Shown piece after piece: positions 17,938 to 18,754 of a stretch of DNA of 18,754 nucleotides (positions are counted from its first letter, which is position 1; every line of letters starts with the position of its first letter). The stretch is from contig NW_021824420.1 of the NCBI RefSeq assembly GCF_006345805.1, positions 1 to 18,754 on the forward strand, read 5' to 3'. The notes under the pieces are model-generated. The model saw only the letters and a list, made by a program, of their open reading frames with translations. It had not been told where the DNA came from and ran no database searches. The position numbers and the translations under genes are program-made. Source of the DNA: Octopus sinensis. Lineage: Eukaryota.

Positions 17938-18754
17938 AGTACACATATATACTTAACTGCATTCTCCAGTATTTTCAATTCTCGTACAAAATTTGACATC
18001 TACAAATAAACTTTGGAGAACGGGACCATGTATATGACATTATTCACCTGCTTCTAACTCAAAGATTTTTTTTGCGCCTTATTGCCCATCAGCAAATAGA
18101 TTCTATATTATTCATATATACTTCAAGCAAGCAATTTTGAATGCATATAAAAGTAGGACAGCAAAAACTGCGAACAATCGATATCCGTTGTCCACGTTCA
18201 GTTCCATTACGATTTCGTTTCGCCTAGTTTTGAAGTATAATATGTTTCTTTTTTAATTAAAGGGACCTTTCTTAGATGCAATTACTGCAACTACAAACTT
18301 TTACAAAACAAAAGAACACAGAAACATCGCGCACAAGAGGTGGACAGGCACTTCCATCGTCAACTATCGTCCAAAAATCATAACACCTTCGTGCATTTCA
18401 CGATAAGATTGTCCATTTTTTGGTCGCCTCAACAGCAAAAGACTGTTGGGAATAAAAGAGCGAACGTAGAGAACGGGGAGAAAACTAAGCACACGATAAA
18501 GTATGACAGAATAAGCAAGAAAACGGAAAACGACGCAGGTAATTGGTACGTATAAAATATTTGCAAGGCCTAAGAGCAATGAGGTTTCTTTCGTGCAAGA
18601 CGTGTAGATTTATATGTAGGAACGCGTGTGTACTGAAACGATTGCGTTCTCAGCGCTTACCTTAAAACCACAGATATTTCTCATGCAGCCCCAGCTCCCC
18701 ACTCTTTCAGTTTAATTACATAACACATACATACATACGTCCATACATACATAC

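Overview
Eukaryotic, repeat-saturated, apparently non-coding (intronic or intergenic) DNA with no supportable intact protein-coding gene. Nearly every ORF in the supplied track is a translated microsatellite. The extreme density of compound di-, tri- and tetranucleotide microsatellites and the tRNA-derived SINE families best fit a coleoid cephalopod, probably Octopus (inference from recalled repeat families, not checked). Identifiable content: at least three tRNA-headed SINE families, decayed non-LTR retrotransposon fragments (L1/Tx1-like ORF1 zinc knuckle, CR1/L2-group ORF2 3' end, R4/Dong-like restriction-like-endonuclease C-termini with (TAA)n tails) and a tRNA-like element ending in CCA. 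The standout is 10864-12132: a ~360-bp unit present as one inverted partial copy plus about 2.75 near-identical tandem copies between two (TA)n tracts. Each copy carries a minimal type I hammerhead-ribozyme fold with a non-canonical, compensated UUGAAAA (U3-A8) core and a palindromic stem III. This fits a Penelope pseudo-LTR array or a retrozyme-like element predicted to release ~360-nt, possibly circular, RNAs. Two further, unrelated hammerhead-like motifs lie at 15217-15254 (+) and 15493-15527 (-), the latter with the same UUGAAAA core.
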